Below, one piece after another: positions 1 to 9,102 of a stretch of DNA of 64,000 bases (positions are counted from its first letter, which is position 1; each line of letters begins with the position of its first letter). Source of the DNA: an uncultured delta proteobacterium (lineage in GTDB: Bacteria; Desulfobacterota; Desulfobacteria; Desulfobacterales; QNYZ01). The translations under genes were made by a program, and so were the position numbers. The stretch spans positions 96,001 through 160,000 of the forward strand of contig CAWJQU010000008.1 of assembly GCA_963845145.1 (NCBI GenBank), in the 5' to 3' direction. The notes under the pieces were generated by a model that worked only from the letters and a program-made list of their open reading frames with translations, was not told the origin of the DNA and searched no databases.

Positions 1-177
1 TTGTAAAATTTTCTATGATATCGGACTATATATATGGAAAAATAATCAGCCTATGCAGATATTTTTTGCATAAAATGCAAAGTCACCAGAACAAACGAAC
101 ATCACCTATTATGGCGTTCCCATGATTCCAACATAGATTCTTTTATTTATAATTAATTTTTCGAACCAACAGGAAAA

Positions 178-303
178 GGGGGTGTTTGAATAGTGGGCTG
201 TGATGTCACTATTCAAAAATGGGTTGTGGTGTGTAGGTATCAGGACGGTGCCGGCCAAGGTGAGCAGCAGGCCTGTCGTCACTTTTTGCATTCAAACACC
301 CCC
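178..303. mobile_element. MITE-like element (126 bp) with perfect 14-bp terminal inverted repeats
   Basis: GGGGGTGTTTGAAT (178-191) and ATTCAAACACCCCC (290-303) are exact reverse complements. An internal hairpin TTTGAATAGTG...CACTATTCAAA lies at 185-217. No transposase ORF; no convincing target duplication beyond AAA. Confidence 0.5.
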
Positions 304-314
304 AAATAGGATTA

Positions 315-473
315 TTAATTCGTTCCAGTAACCTCTTGATTTGTCATTGGTATTTCATATCGTTGGATTTCAAGGATCGAATTAAATTTTTTACAGCGGG
401 CTTTCTGGCCAAGGAGGGCGGCATTAATTTTGTAGGTTTGGTGGCAAGCATCGGCTGGGCATTGCGCGCGCAT
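315..473 (-). pseudogene. Degenerate zinc-ribbon (MJ0042-finger-like) micro-ORF, 52 aa
   Basis: Manual translation MRAQCPADACHQTYKINAALLGQKARCKKFNSILEIQ... follows the C-P-x-C...G-x-K-x-R-C-x-x-C zinc-ribbon pattern, but the last Cys is Phe (TTT). Starts 4 nt after the stop of the upstream ORF. Confidence 0.4.
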
Positions 474-477
474 CGTT

Positions 478-768
478 TCATTCTTCTTTTTTTAAAACAT
501 TTCTGTGGTTATCTTTTTTCAGAATAGGAACTAATGGGCATTTTTCCCAGGTAAACGTAGAACGACTATTATTTTTTTTATATACACCACAAAAAAGAAC
601 GCCTGAACAATCTAGGAGGCTTTTAAAGTAAAATTGATCGTTTCCCGGATTCGTCGATTCACTATGCGAACTTTGCGTTGCAATATTCGCCACGTGAGCA
701 GACACTGTACTTTTAATTACCGGGCAGTCATACCTTTCGGTATGGATATTTAATTTTGTCTTTTCCAT
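478..768 (-). CDS. Hypothetical Cys-containing protein (start uncertain: 768, 822 or 864)
   Basis: Open frame in AT-rich DNA with four Cys after M59 (CP...CSG-x3-CG...CP). A weak GGGGT SD precedes ATG 768. Confidence 0.35.
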   Translation of the reverse strand: MEKTKLNIHTERYDCPVIKSTVSAHVANIATQSSHSESTNPGNDQFYFKSLLDCSGVLFCGVYKKNNSRSTFTWEKCPLVPILKKDNHRNVLKKEE

Positions 769-1491
769 TTTTGACGTTACCCCAACTGTACCGATTGCAT
801 CTTGATATTTTACCTCGTTCATACTGCCGGCATTGTCGATGGATTTTGTTTCTAAATAATTCATTGATTCCGATGACCTGATCACTTTTGGGCATATTAT
901 TGACGATAGAATCTTCGTGACAGGAAAAACAAAAACTGTCAAACGGTTTTTTTACGTATAAAGTTGGTATATTATTCTACGTATTAATTTTGTAGATAAT
1001 TGATATTGTAGGTTATTCAGCATCACAAATTCTGGTTTTATTCGCGCGATAAGGGATAATTTTTGGTTTTTTTAGCTGTGATTCATAAAGTTGGCGACAT
1101 TTTTGGGCATCGCTTTGGATTTTTTTAGGAGGCAATCGTCTTTTTCGGATATGGCTTCGGGTGTTTGACCGGTTACGTGCGGTTTGGATAGCTGGTTGTT
1201 CTTTTCCTGTAGTTTTTCAATATTGTCCCATTTGGTTTTGAAGAACGATTATATAGGCTGACTGCGCTAAAAAATTTCATGACAGCATGACTTGGTGACA
1301 TTTTAGACTTATAATGGACTTCAGCCTGGTGAACGGGTTGCCATAGGTTGGGATCATATTGATCTATACAATAGCAACGATGGCCCGGCTTTTTAAAAAA
1401 ATCATGGTAAACGAAGAGCCAAAGCGTGACAATCGTGTTACATGGCAAAAATTTTGATACCTTAAATCATTAAAAACAACGGGTAATAACT

Positions 1492-2109
1492 ATGAGTAAT
1501 CAGATACTTGAGGTGTTTTCAGACTATATCTGACCCTGGTGCTACTTCATTACCGGGCGTATTGAACAGTTGAAAAAAGAGTACAGGATCGGTGTGCATT
1601 GGCGGGCGTTTCCGCTTCACCCTGAAACACCGGAAGACGGCCGGCTCCTCGCCGACCTTTTTGCCAACCAGCCGATGGATATCGGGCAGGTGATGGCCCA
1701 GCTCAAACAAAAAGCGACCGAATTGGGCCTGCCCTTCGGTGACCGTAAAAACACCTATAACAGCCGCCTGGCCCAGGAGCTGGGGCTTTGGGCGGAATCC
1801 AAAGCGCAAGGCGATACCTTTCACATGGCGGCGTTCAAGGCATATTTTGTCGATGGGAAAAATATCGCCAAAGTACCGGTGCTTCTCGATCTGGTTGATT
1901 CGGTGGGGCTTCCTCGCGATGAGGCGAAGCAAGTGCTTTCCGCCAGGACATTTAAAACCGCTGTCGATGCGGACTGGGACCTGTCGAGAGAAAAAAGGAT
2001 TACGGCGGTTCCCACTTTCGTCGTCAATCAGGATCGGTTGGTTGGCGCCCAGCCCTATGAAGCGATTGAAAAGATGGTGATCGCCAACGGGGTTGAAAAA
2101 AGAATGTGA
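1492..2109 (+). CDS. DsbA/FrnE-family thioredoxin-fold oxidoreductase, probable selenoprotein (UxxC)
   Basis: ATG 1492 reads MSNQILEVFSDYI-TGA(1531-1533)-PWCYFITGRIEQLKKEY in frame with the 1570..2109 ORF. The TGA occupies the first Cys of the family D-x-x-C-P-W-C-Y motif. The cis-Pro motif VPTF is near the C-terminus. Confidence 0.88.
1543..1570 (+). promoter_or_regulatory. Candidate bacterial SECIS hairpin
   Basis: TTCA-T-TAC[CGGGC]GTA-T-TGAA stem-loop begins about 12 nt after the in-frame TGA and has a G-rich apical loop. Confidence 0.55.
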
Positions 2110-2117
2110 ATACTAAG

Positions 2118-2207
2118 GGTTCGAGAATTCGAGGATTCAAGTGAAATGCTAAATGCATTGTTAAAAACATTAGAGATTCAACACTTGCCCCAGGCCCCTT
2201 GAATCCC
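2118..2207 (+). repeat. 8-mer tandem/inverted repeat unit, probable scar of a four-helix-bundle gene cassette
   Basis: GGTTCGAG-AATTCGAG-GATTCAAG on the left and CTTGAATCC on the right (perfect 9-bp inverted repeat with 2133-2141). They enclose an 18-aa mini-ORF MLNALLKTLEIQHLPQAP (2146-2202). Confidence 0.45.
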
Positions 2208-2234
2208 AACCTAACGGCTTAAGCCCCATATCGC

Positions 2235-2426
2235 TCATTTCGGCGGCAACATCTTCACAATGGCTTTCGCCCGGTCAAGCCACTCATGCAGCGCTGCATC
2301 CGTTTTAAACCCTGTTTTCTCAACCATGCCCCACCCTTTCATGGGGCGTCCCGTGATATCGAAAGGCCCTACCGCTTTTTTCCTGATCGCCTTTTCGGCT
2401 TCATCCACACCCAGCCGGAGTATTAG
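2235..2426 (-). pseudogene. 5'-truncated TfoX/Sxy N-terminal-domain family gene fragment
   Basis: Manual translation LILRLGVDEAEKAIRKKAVGPFDITGRPMKGWGMVEKTGFKTDAALHEWLDRAKAIVKMLPPK* matches the C-terminal half of small TfoX_N proteins (F-x-x-T-G-R-P-M-K-G-W...LPPK). An in-frame TGA immediately precedes it and the KKMFGG N-terminus is absent. Confidence 0.65.
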
Positions 2427-2582
2427 TCAGTGTTGTCATGACTTGAAGTTTGACCCCACCTTGATTATAAACAGCCGTACCTTTTAAATGCAAACCACAT
2501 ACATCTGCGAATTCTCGATTTTAAAATCGTCAATCAAAAGCCATTGTCGATACTACCAGGGATTGCCACATGTGAGACTTTT

Positions 2583-3800
2583 ATGGAAAAACTAAAAGGT
2601 AAAGGCCGCCAGTTAGCTGTTCTGGCTCTGGGCGTGCTGTTGATCAAATCGCTTTGGTTTTCAGCTTCCGCGGTCATACCGCAACTTGCTCAAGCCTGGC
2701 TGTTGAGTGGCAACCAGCGCGCCTGGTTGACCATGAGCGTCCAATTGGGCTTTGTGGCCGGCGCCATGATCAGTGCGGCACTTAATCTGGCCGACCGGTA
2801 TGACCTGACGCGCTTGTTTCTGGTAAGTGCCTTAATTGCAACATCGGCCAATGCCGTAATTGCATTGTTTCCGGTAGATTACGGCACCACCCTGACCATG
2901 CGGTTTTTTACCGGGTTGGGCATTGCCGGCGTTTATCCACCTGGGATGAAACTCGTGGCAACCTGGTGCCAAAGGGATCGTGGCTTTGGGATCGGCCTTT
3001 TGGTTGCAGCCCTCACTGTTGGTTCTTCTATGCCCCATTTGCTAAATGCCCTGCCCCAAGCCGGCGGAATGCCTCCCTGGCAGGACGTACTCCAAGGTGC
3101 CAGTATCATGGCGCTGGTTGGCGCCCTGATCGTGGCCATTTTATTTAAACCCGGCCCCTATCTAGCCGGATCGGCGCCGTCAAACTGGCAGTATGCGGCC
3201 GAAGGATTACGACAACGCCCCCTCCGCCTGGCCAATTTTGGGTATCTGGGCCATATGTGGGAATTGTATGCCATGTGGGCCTGGGTTCCGATTTTCTTAA
3301 TCAGCAGTTATACGCAAGCCGGCTGGTCTACCTCCGCTGCCCGACTGGCGGGTTTTGGAACGATTGCCGCAGGAGCCCTGGGTGCCTTATTGGCGGGAAT
3401 ATTTGCCGATCGGGTGGGTCGAACGCTTATCACAAGCCTGAGCCTGGCGATCTCGGGGTTTTGTTGCATACTGGCCGGGTTTTTATATGCCCACCCGCTA
3501 CCATTAACCATACTCTGTCTGATTTGGGGCTTCGCCGTCGTAGCAGATTCGGCCCAATTCAGCGCGGCCATCAGCGAGTTGTCCGATCCACGGTATGTAG
3601 GGACAGCACTCACCGTTCAAACCAGCCTGGGGTTTATGCTTTCCATTGTCACCATATGGCTCATTCCGATCCTGTTTGAAACGCTTGGATGGCGTTATGT
3701 TTTTCTTGTATTAATGCCGGGACCGGCATTCGGGCTCTGGTCCATGCTTCAATTGAGGCGCTTACCGGAAGCCAAAAAGATGGCCTCCGGCCGGCGATAG
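2583..3800 (+). CDS. Major facilitator superfamily transporter
   Basis: About 12 hydrophobic segments; LADR and FADRVGR motif-A-like loops. Confidence 0.9.
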   Translation: MEKLKGKGRQLAVLALGVLLIKSLWFSASAVIPQLAQAWLLSGNQRAWLTMSVQLGFVAGAMISAALNLADRYDLTRLFLVSALIATSANAVIALFPVDYGTTLTMRFFTGLGIAGVYPPGMKLVATWCQRDRGFGIGLLVAALTVGSSMPHLLNALPQAGGMPPWQDVLQGASIMALVGALIVAILFKPGPYLAGSAPSNWQYAAEGLRQRPLRLANFGYLGHMWELYAMWAWVPIFLISSYTQAGWSTSAARLAGFGTIAAGALGALLAGIFADRVGRTLITSLSLAISGFCCILAGFLYAHPLPLTILCLIWGFAVVADSAQFSAAISELSDPRYVGTALTVQTSLGFMLSIVTIWLIPILFETLGWRYVFLVLMPGPAFGLWSMLQLRRLPEAKKMASGRR

Positions 3801-3877
3801 GTTTGCACCCAATATTCAATGTGTCGCAGGTCCACCACCATATACGTTAAATTTCAGCATGATAGGGGCTGTTAAAC

Positions 3878-5077
3878 ATGATCCAATCAAAATCTCCTTC
3901 ATTTATCGCAACCTTTTTAAAGATGGAGTCGGCCGGCGGAATCCTTTTAATGATCTCTGCGACTATGGCCGTCGTTTGTGCCAACACCTTTTTGGCGGAT
4001 TATTATCAGATGCTATTTTCAACACCTGTTGAGATACGTGTCGGCGCCTTAGAGATTGCCAAACCATTATTACTTTGGATTAATGACGGGCTGATGGTTG
4101 TCTTTTTCTTTTTGGTAGGGTTGGAATTGAAGCGGGAACTTATTGAGGGTGAATTATCGGACAAGCGCAATATCATTTTACCGGTTGTCGGTGCGGTCGG
4201 AGGCATGTTGTGCCCAGCGATCATTTACTTATATTTTAACAGTTCGGATCCTGTTGCAGCTAAAGGTTGGGCGATACCTGCTGCAACGGACATCGCATTT
4301 GCCTTAGGTGTTTTAGCATTGCTTGGCTCTCGCGTACCGACTTCAATTAAAATATTCCTCACATCTTTGGCAATCTTCGATGATATCGGTGCGATTTTAA
4401 TCATTGCCATTTTTTATACGGCCAAAGTATCGCTGCTATCGTTGTTCGTGGTGGCTTGTTGCATTCCGGTTCTTGTCATATTGAATTATCGAAATGTCAT
4501 CTCCAAAAGCCCCTATCTCTTGGTGGGGATTATAATGTGGATTGCAACCCTCAAATCCGGTGTCCACGCTACCATTGCCGGCGTTATTCTGGCAATGTTC
4601 ATTCCCATTCGGTCGAAGCATAATCCTGACATTTCACCCTTGAAAATGCTGGAGCACGATTTGCACTCGGTTGTTGCGTTCTTCGTGCTACCCGTTTTTG
4701 CATTTGCAAATGCGGGCATCAATCTGCGTGGGGTTGGATTGGAGCAAGTATTCCACAATGTCCCAATGGGTATTGCACTGGCTCTTATTTGCGGGAAACA
4801 ACTTGGCATTTTCGGGCTCTGTGCGCTGGCGATAAAGCTCAAAATCGCAGCTTTACCGAAAAAAATGAGCTGGTTGAGCCTTTATGGGACCGCAGCGCTT
4901 TGCGGCATCGGATTTACCATGAGCCTTTTTATCGGTTCATTGGCATTTGGAGGAACAGGGGTGGATCTATTATTTGACGAACGGCTCGGAATTATCATTG
5001 GCTCAATAGTATCCGGCCTCTGTGGAGTTGTGATTTTGCGCGCCTCTCTGGGGCGTAGCGCTACGGGTCCTAAATAA
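3878..5077 (+). CDS. nhaA: Na+/H+ antiporter NhaA
   Basis: WINDGLM, GWAIPAATDIAF, LAIFDDIG and GIGFTMSLFI signature motifs. Confidence 0.96.
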   Translation: MIQSKSPSFIATFLKMESAGGILLMISATMAVVCANTFLADYYQMLFSTPVEIRVGALEIAKPLLLWINDGLMVVFFFLVGLELKRELIEGELSDKRNIILPVVGAVGGMLCPAIIYLYFNSSDPVAAKGWAIPAATDIAFALGVLALLGSRVPTSIKIFLTSLAIFDDIGAILIIAIFYTAKVSLLSLFVVACCIPVLVILNYRNVISKSPYLLVGIIMWIATLKSGVHATIAGVILAMFIPIRSKHNPDISPLKMLEHDLHSVVAFFVLPVFAFANAGINLRGVGLEQVFHNVPMGIALALICGKQLGIFGLCALAIKLKIAALPKKMSWLSLYGTAALCGIGFTMSLFIGSLAFGGTGVDLLFDERLGIIIGSIVSGLCGVVILRASLGRSATGPK

Positions 5078-5100
5078 TAATACATATGGGAGCGATCAAT

Positions 5101-5889
5101 ATGGAAACAAGCAAAGTGGCCGTTGAAGAAAAAGATCACGTGTTAATCATCAAACTAAACCGCCCGGATAAACTAAATGCTTTTGACATAGAGATGTACC
5201 GTGATTTAAGTATGGCTTATGGCGAGTTACACCATAATCCGAATTTAAGGTGCGGACTTCTGATCGCTGAAGGCGGCCACTTTACGGCCGGCCTGGACCT
5301 TAATGAGTGGATCCCTTTTCTAAAGGAAGGTCGGTTTCCGGAACTGCCGGAAAAAGGCATCGATCCGTTGGGATTGAATGAAGAGAATAAATTGTGTAAA
5401 CCGATGGTTATGGCCGTCCAGGGATTATGCTTAACCATTGGCCTTGAATTGCTTCTGGGAACAGACATTCGCGTGGCTGCGAATAATACAAGATTTGGCC
5501 AATTTGAAATTAAAAGAGGGATTTATCCTGTGGGCGGAGCGACTGTACGTCTCATGCAGGAGGTTGGCTGGGGAAATGCCATGCGCTATCTATTGACGGC
5601 AGATGAATTAAATGCCGAGGAGGCTTTTCGAATCGGATTGGTGCAAGAATTGGCGGAACCCGGGGCTCATATCGATAAAGCGCTCGCGATCGCCACGACC
5701 ATATCCAGTCAGGCTCCCCTTGGCGTTAAGGCGACACTTATCTCTGCCGGAATTGCACGAACGAATGGAGAGCGAGCCGCTATTGCAAGATTGCTCCCAG
5801 ATCTCGTTCCGATTATGGCCAGTGAAGACTTCGGTGAAGGCATTCAATCTTTTATTGAGCGCAGGGATGCCAATTTTAAGGGCCGCTAA
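5101..5889 (+). CDS. Crotonase/enoyl-CoA hydratase family protein
   Basis: LNRPDKLNAF, FTAGLDL, KPMVMAVQG, FGQFEIKRGI and EGIQSFIERR motifs; GGGAG SD before ATG 5101. Confidence 0.92.
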   Translation: METSKVAVEEKDHVLIIKLNRPDKLNAFDIEMYRDLSMAYGELHHNPNLRCGLLIAEGGHFTAGLDLNEWIPFLKEGRFPELPEKGIDPLGLNEENKLCKPMVMAVQGLCLTIGLELLLGTDIRVAANNTRFGQFEIKRGIYPVGGATVRLMQEVGWGNAMRYLLTADELNAEEAFRIGLVQELAEPGAHIDKALAIATTISSQAPLGVKATLISAGIARTNGERAAIARLLPDLVPIMASEDFGEGIQSFIERRDANFKGR

Positions 5890-6138
5890 CAAGGGTAAAA
5901 TTTTCATCGGATTTTTTTAGCGGAATGTGACAACAAGGTTTTTCGAGGCGTTGTGAAATGCAATCAATGTAAGGTTGTGTTGGATCTGGACTAATACCGG
6001 GTCCAAAAATAGCGTCTTTTCATAGCCGGGCTTGAAAAAATATCCGTTGCAAAGGCAACCCGTCTATTCAACCGATCTCTCCACCCTATCTATCCAGTCA
6101 ACAGCAAAGGACCAGGCGACAGCAAAAGGAATGAGGAA

Positions 6139-6771
6139 ATGACAACCCAATCATGGCTGATGTATCTGACGCTGGTATTGGCGGCAACCTCCATACCGGG
6201 TCCGGCAGTGCTTTTTATTGTGACCAATGCAACCTTTCATGGATGGAGAAAGTCAACCTTTGCCGCGCTCGGAAACATTGTTGGGCTCTTCTGCCTGGGC
6301 TTAATGTCCGTTGCCGGTTTGGGAACGATCCTCAAAACATCAGAGATGTTTTTCAACATTATCAAATATGCCGGAGCCGCCTATTTGATTTATTTGGGTG
6401 TAAAGCTCATCATTCAAAAAAATCCGGACCTTTCGCAAGTAACGAAAAAAATGTTTAAAAAGAGAATGTCCGGGAAACATATTTTTTTTCAAGCCCTCGG
6501 GGTGGCCTTAAGCAACCCCAAAGCCATTATTTTCCTTACCGCCCTTTTCCCACAATTTATCGATGTAAAAAATGCGTTATTGCCTCAATTTTCATTGCTT
6601 ATCGCCATATTAATGATCTTCTCATTCTTATTTTTAATGGGCTACGCTTTGCTTGCCCACAAAGCCACGACCTGGCTGGTCAACCCGGGTAGAATCAGGT
6701 TGTTTAATCGAACCAGTGGCTCCATTTTCATCGGTTTTGGATTTTTACTGGCAACATCATCGAACAAATAA
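6139..6771 (+). CDS. LysE/RhtB family amino-acid exporter
   Basis: N-terminal PGP motif, KYAGAAYLIYLG and NPKAIIF. Confidence 0.93.
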   Translation: MTTQSWLMYLTLVLAATSIPGPAVLFIVTNATFHGWRKSTFAALGNIVGLFCLGLMSVAGLGTILKTSEMFFNIIKYAGAAYLIYLGVKLIIQKNPDLSQVTKKMFKKRMSGKHIFFQALGVALSNPKAIIFLTALFPQFIDVKNALLPQFSLLIAILMIFSFLFLMGYALLAHKATTWLVNPGRIRLFNRTSGSIFIGFGFLLATSSNK

Positions 6772-6829
6772 ATCATAGCCTTTCAGAACCTGAGCCGTCA
6801 TCATAAAAAACGACTACGGATTAGTGGGC

Positions 6830-7144
6830 ATGGAACATCCCAGAGAAACAATATATAAGGTTTTGCTTCGATTACGTACACATTTTGACGAAAATCGGGC
6901 CACACGAATCCAAATAGGCCTACTCGCCTTGGTCTTCGCGTCTTTATGGTGGGCCATTGGTATCCTGGCAGGTAGTGTTCTGGCTTTTTTCGTGTTTTTC
7001 TTTACACCTGACAGCCCCACTCGTGCCTGGCCTTCATTTTTCGCCTTTGTCGGCACCGTTTTGACGTGTGGCCTTTTCGGTATTTATATTGCGTTTAAAA
7101 CCTACTCACGTAAAACCGCTGAGATGAAGCATAAGAACAGGTAA
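6830..7144 (+). CDS. Small hypothetical membrane protein (about 2 TM)
   Basis: Two long hydrophobic segments; co-oriented with its neighbours. Confidence 0.55.
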   Translation: MEHPRETIYKVLLRLRTHFDENRATRIQIGLLALVFASLWWAIGILAGSVLAFFVFFFTPDSPTRAWPSFFAFVGTVLTCGLFGIYIAFKTYSRKTAEMKHKNR

Positions 7145-7260
7145 TAGGCTTGACTATATCTTTCCCTAAAGTTTGACAAACGCATGTCGCCAGCACTATT
7201 TTTATATGAATTCCGTCAACGTAAACATCAATGTAAGCATTCTATATGGGAGGCAGGACC

Positions 7261-7458
7261 ATGGCCAAAGTAAAAACATTCACGAATGAACTGAAAGCGT
7301 TGCATACCATGAAGGCTTTAAAAAACTTAGATGACCAGGTAAACCGCTTTTTAAAAAAGAAGAAGGTCAAAAAGGTTATTTCCGTTTCCGATAGCTGTAC
7401 GACCAATAGTGGAGATACCATCGGCATCATTAGGGTGTTGACCTATGAAGCGTCCTAA
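7261..7458 (+). CDS. Small hypothetical protein (65 aa)
   Basis: GGAGG/AGGA SD before ATG 7261; protein-like composition (MAKVKTFT...LDDQVNRFL...ISVSD). Confidence 0.7.
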   Translation: MAKVKTFTNELKALHTMKALKNLDDQVNRFLKKKKVKKVISVSDSCTTNSGDTIGIIRVLTYEAS

Positions 7459-7611
7459 TTTTTTTACAACTTACATTTTATTCATCAGGATGATGAGGTG
7501 AAAACTTTCGACAGAATTTGTTCTACAAAAGGTGGGCGACACTGTGTGGCATTCCTATTTTTAAGCACATAAGATGGAAGAAGAGAAAACCAGCCGGCTA
7601 AAAAGCCCACC

Positions 7612-8328
7612 TTATCCGCCCAGATAGGCTTTCTTCACCTCCGGATCGGCAAGCAAGTCTTCGGATTTACCTGAAAGAACAAGGTTCCCGTTTTCTAGAA
7701 CATACCCACGCTTTGCAAACTTCAGCGCCAACCGGGCGTTTTGCTCTACCAGCAAAATCGCGGTACCCTCAGACTCGTTGATTTCTTTTAGGGAGGAAAA
7801 CACACGCTTCATCAATAAAGGCGACAGCCCCATAGACGGTTCGTCCAGAAGCATCAATCGTCGACCTGATATAAACGCCCGCCCTACCGCAAGCATTTGC
7901 TGCTCACCGCCGGACATGGTGCCCGATTTTTGCTCCTTGCGCTCGTCGAGCCTGTCGAAAATGGCAAAAACACGTTCGATATCTTTCTCGACAGCCTCTT
8001 TGTCGTTTCGTGCGAAAGCCGCCAGTTTCAGGTTTTCAAGGACGGTCAAATTGCCGAACAGCCGCCGGCCTTCGGGAACATGGGAAATGCCTAACTCGCT
8101 GACAACTTTCTCCGGAGGGTACGTCAGTAGATCCTTACCGGCAAACGTCATCTTGGTATCGGCACCTGAGGGAACCAGGCGAGATACCGCCCTCAGTGTT
8201 GAGCTTTTACCGGCCCCATTGGCACCGATGATGGTAATGATCTCACCATCTTCTATCGTAAAATCCACGCCGTGCAGCGCCCGGATTTTGCCATATGCCA
8301 CTTTGAGATTTTTTACGTCTAACAGCAT
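7612..8328 (-). CDS. livF: Branched-chain amino acid ABC transporter ATP-binding protein
   Basis: GANGAGKS, HVPEGRRLF, MSGGEQQML, LDEPSMGL, VKKAYLG. Confidence 0.95.
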   Translation of the reverse strand: MLLDVKNLKVAYGKIRALHGVDFTIEDGEIITIIGANGAGKSSTLRAVSRLVPSGADTKMTFAGKDLLTYPPEKVVSELGISHVPEGRRLFGNLTVLENLKLAAFARNDKEAVEKDIERVFAIFDRLDERKEQKSGTMSGGEQQMLAVGRAFISGRRLMLLDEPSMGLSPLLMKRVFSSLKEINESEGTAILLVEQNARLALKFAKRGYVLENGNLVLSGKSEDLLADPEVKKAYLGG

Positions 8329-9101
8329 TAGAAGTCGATCTCCTGATCGCCGATATAGGCTTCGATTACTTTGGGGTCATTCTGAACGGCGTCGGGCGTT
8401 CCTTCAACCAGCACCTGGCCAAACACCAGCGCCTGAACATGCTGGCAGAGCTCCCGCACCACACGCAGCCGATGCTCAATGAGAAATATCGCCAGCTTGA
8501 ACCGCTCATACGCTTTGCGCACAACCGAGATCATGTCCCTTAGTTCCTCCGGTGTCATGCCGACGGTTGGTTCATCAAGCAGGAGCACTTTGGGCTCCAT
8601 GGCCAGGGCACGGGCCATTTCAACTCGGCGTTGCGCGCCGTAAGGCAGATTGACCACCAACTGATCGGCAAATTCATGGACGTGAAACAATTCCATGTAA
8701 TCCATGGCTCTCTCGGTAGCCGCCTTTTCTTCCTGCCGCCGCTTGGGGCTATCCAGAAAAGCGCCGAGCAGGCCGTACGAGAGCTTGGAATATTGCGCCA
8801 TTTTAACATGTTCCAGAACGGTCATATGGCGCCATAAACGCATCTCCTGAAAAGTGCGGCCGATGCCCAGCGCCGCAATCTGATTGGTCCGTTTGCCGAC
8901 CATGTCGGTGCCTTCCAGCAAAACTTGACCTTCAACCGGCTGATAGATGCCGGTAATCAGGTTGAAAATCGTCGTTTTTCCTGCGCCATTGGGGCCGATC
9001 AAACCGGTAATTTGACCCGGATCCAATTTTAGGTTGTAGTTGGAAACGGCCTGCAGGCCACCAAAATTATGGCTCATATCAACGACTTCTAACAGCGCCA
9101 T
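8328..9101 (-). CDS. livG: Branched-chain amino acid ABC transporter ATP-binding protein
   Basis: GPNGAGKTT, GIGRTFQ, LPYGAQRRVEMARAL, VIEAYIG; GGAGG SD before ATG 9101. Confidence 0.95.
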   Translation of the reverse strand: MALLEVVDMSHNFGGLQAVSNYNLKLDPGQITGLIGPNGAGKTTIFNLITGIYQPVEGQVLLEGTDMVGKRTNQIAALGIGRTFQEMRLWRHMTVLEHVKMAQYSKLSYGLLGAFLDSPKRRQEEKAATERAMDYMELFHVHEFADQLVVNLPYGAQRRVEMARALAMEPKVLLLDEPTVGMTPEELRDMISVVRKAYERFKLAIFLIEHRLRVVRELCQHVQALVFGQVLVEGTPDAVQNDPKVIEAYIGDQEIDF

Positions 9102-9102
9102 C

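Noticed and set aside
109..291. 60-aa minus-strand ORF
   Set aside because: Largely overlaps the inverted-repeat element and has no recognisable motif; probably spurious.
1173..1448. 91-aa ORF in AT-rich intergenic DNA
   Set aside because: No SD or motif; probably the non-coding upstream region of the DsbA-like gene.
1443..1457. Sigma54-like TGGCAA-N5-TTGA upstream of the DsbA-like gene
   Set aside because: The conserved -12 GC is GA; too weak to call.
2427..2429. In-frame TGA before the TfoX fragment as a second selenocysteine
   Set aside because: It does not align with a Cys or redox motif, and the upstream sequence has no TfoX similarity.
7778..8482. Long antisense ORFs (also 19522-20391, 21532-22044, 44366-44944, 63285-63986)
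   Set aside because: Shadows of well-supported genes on the opposite strand; no motifs of their own.
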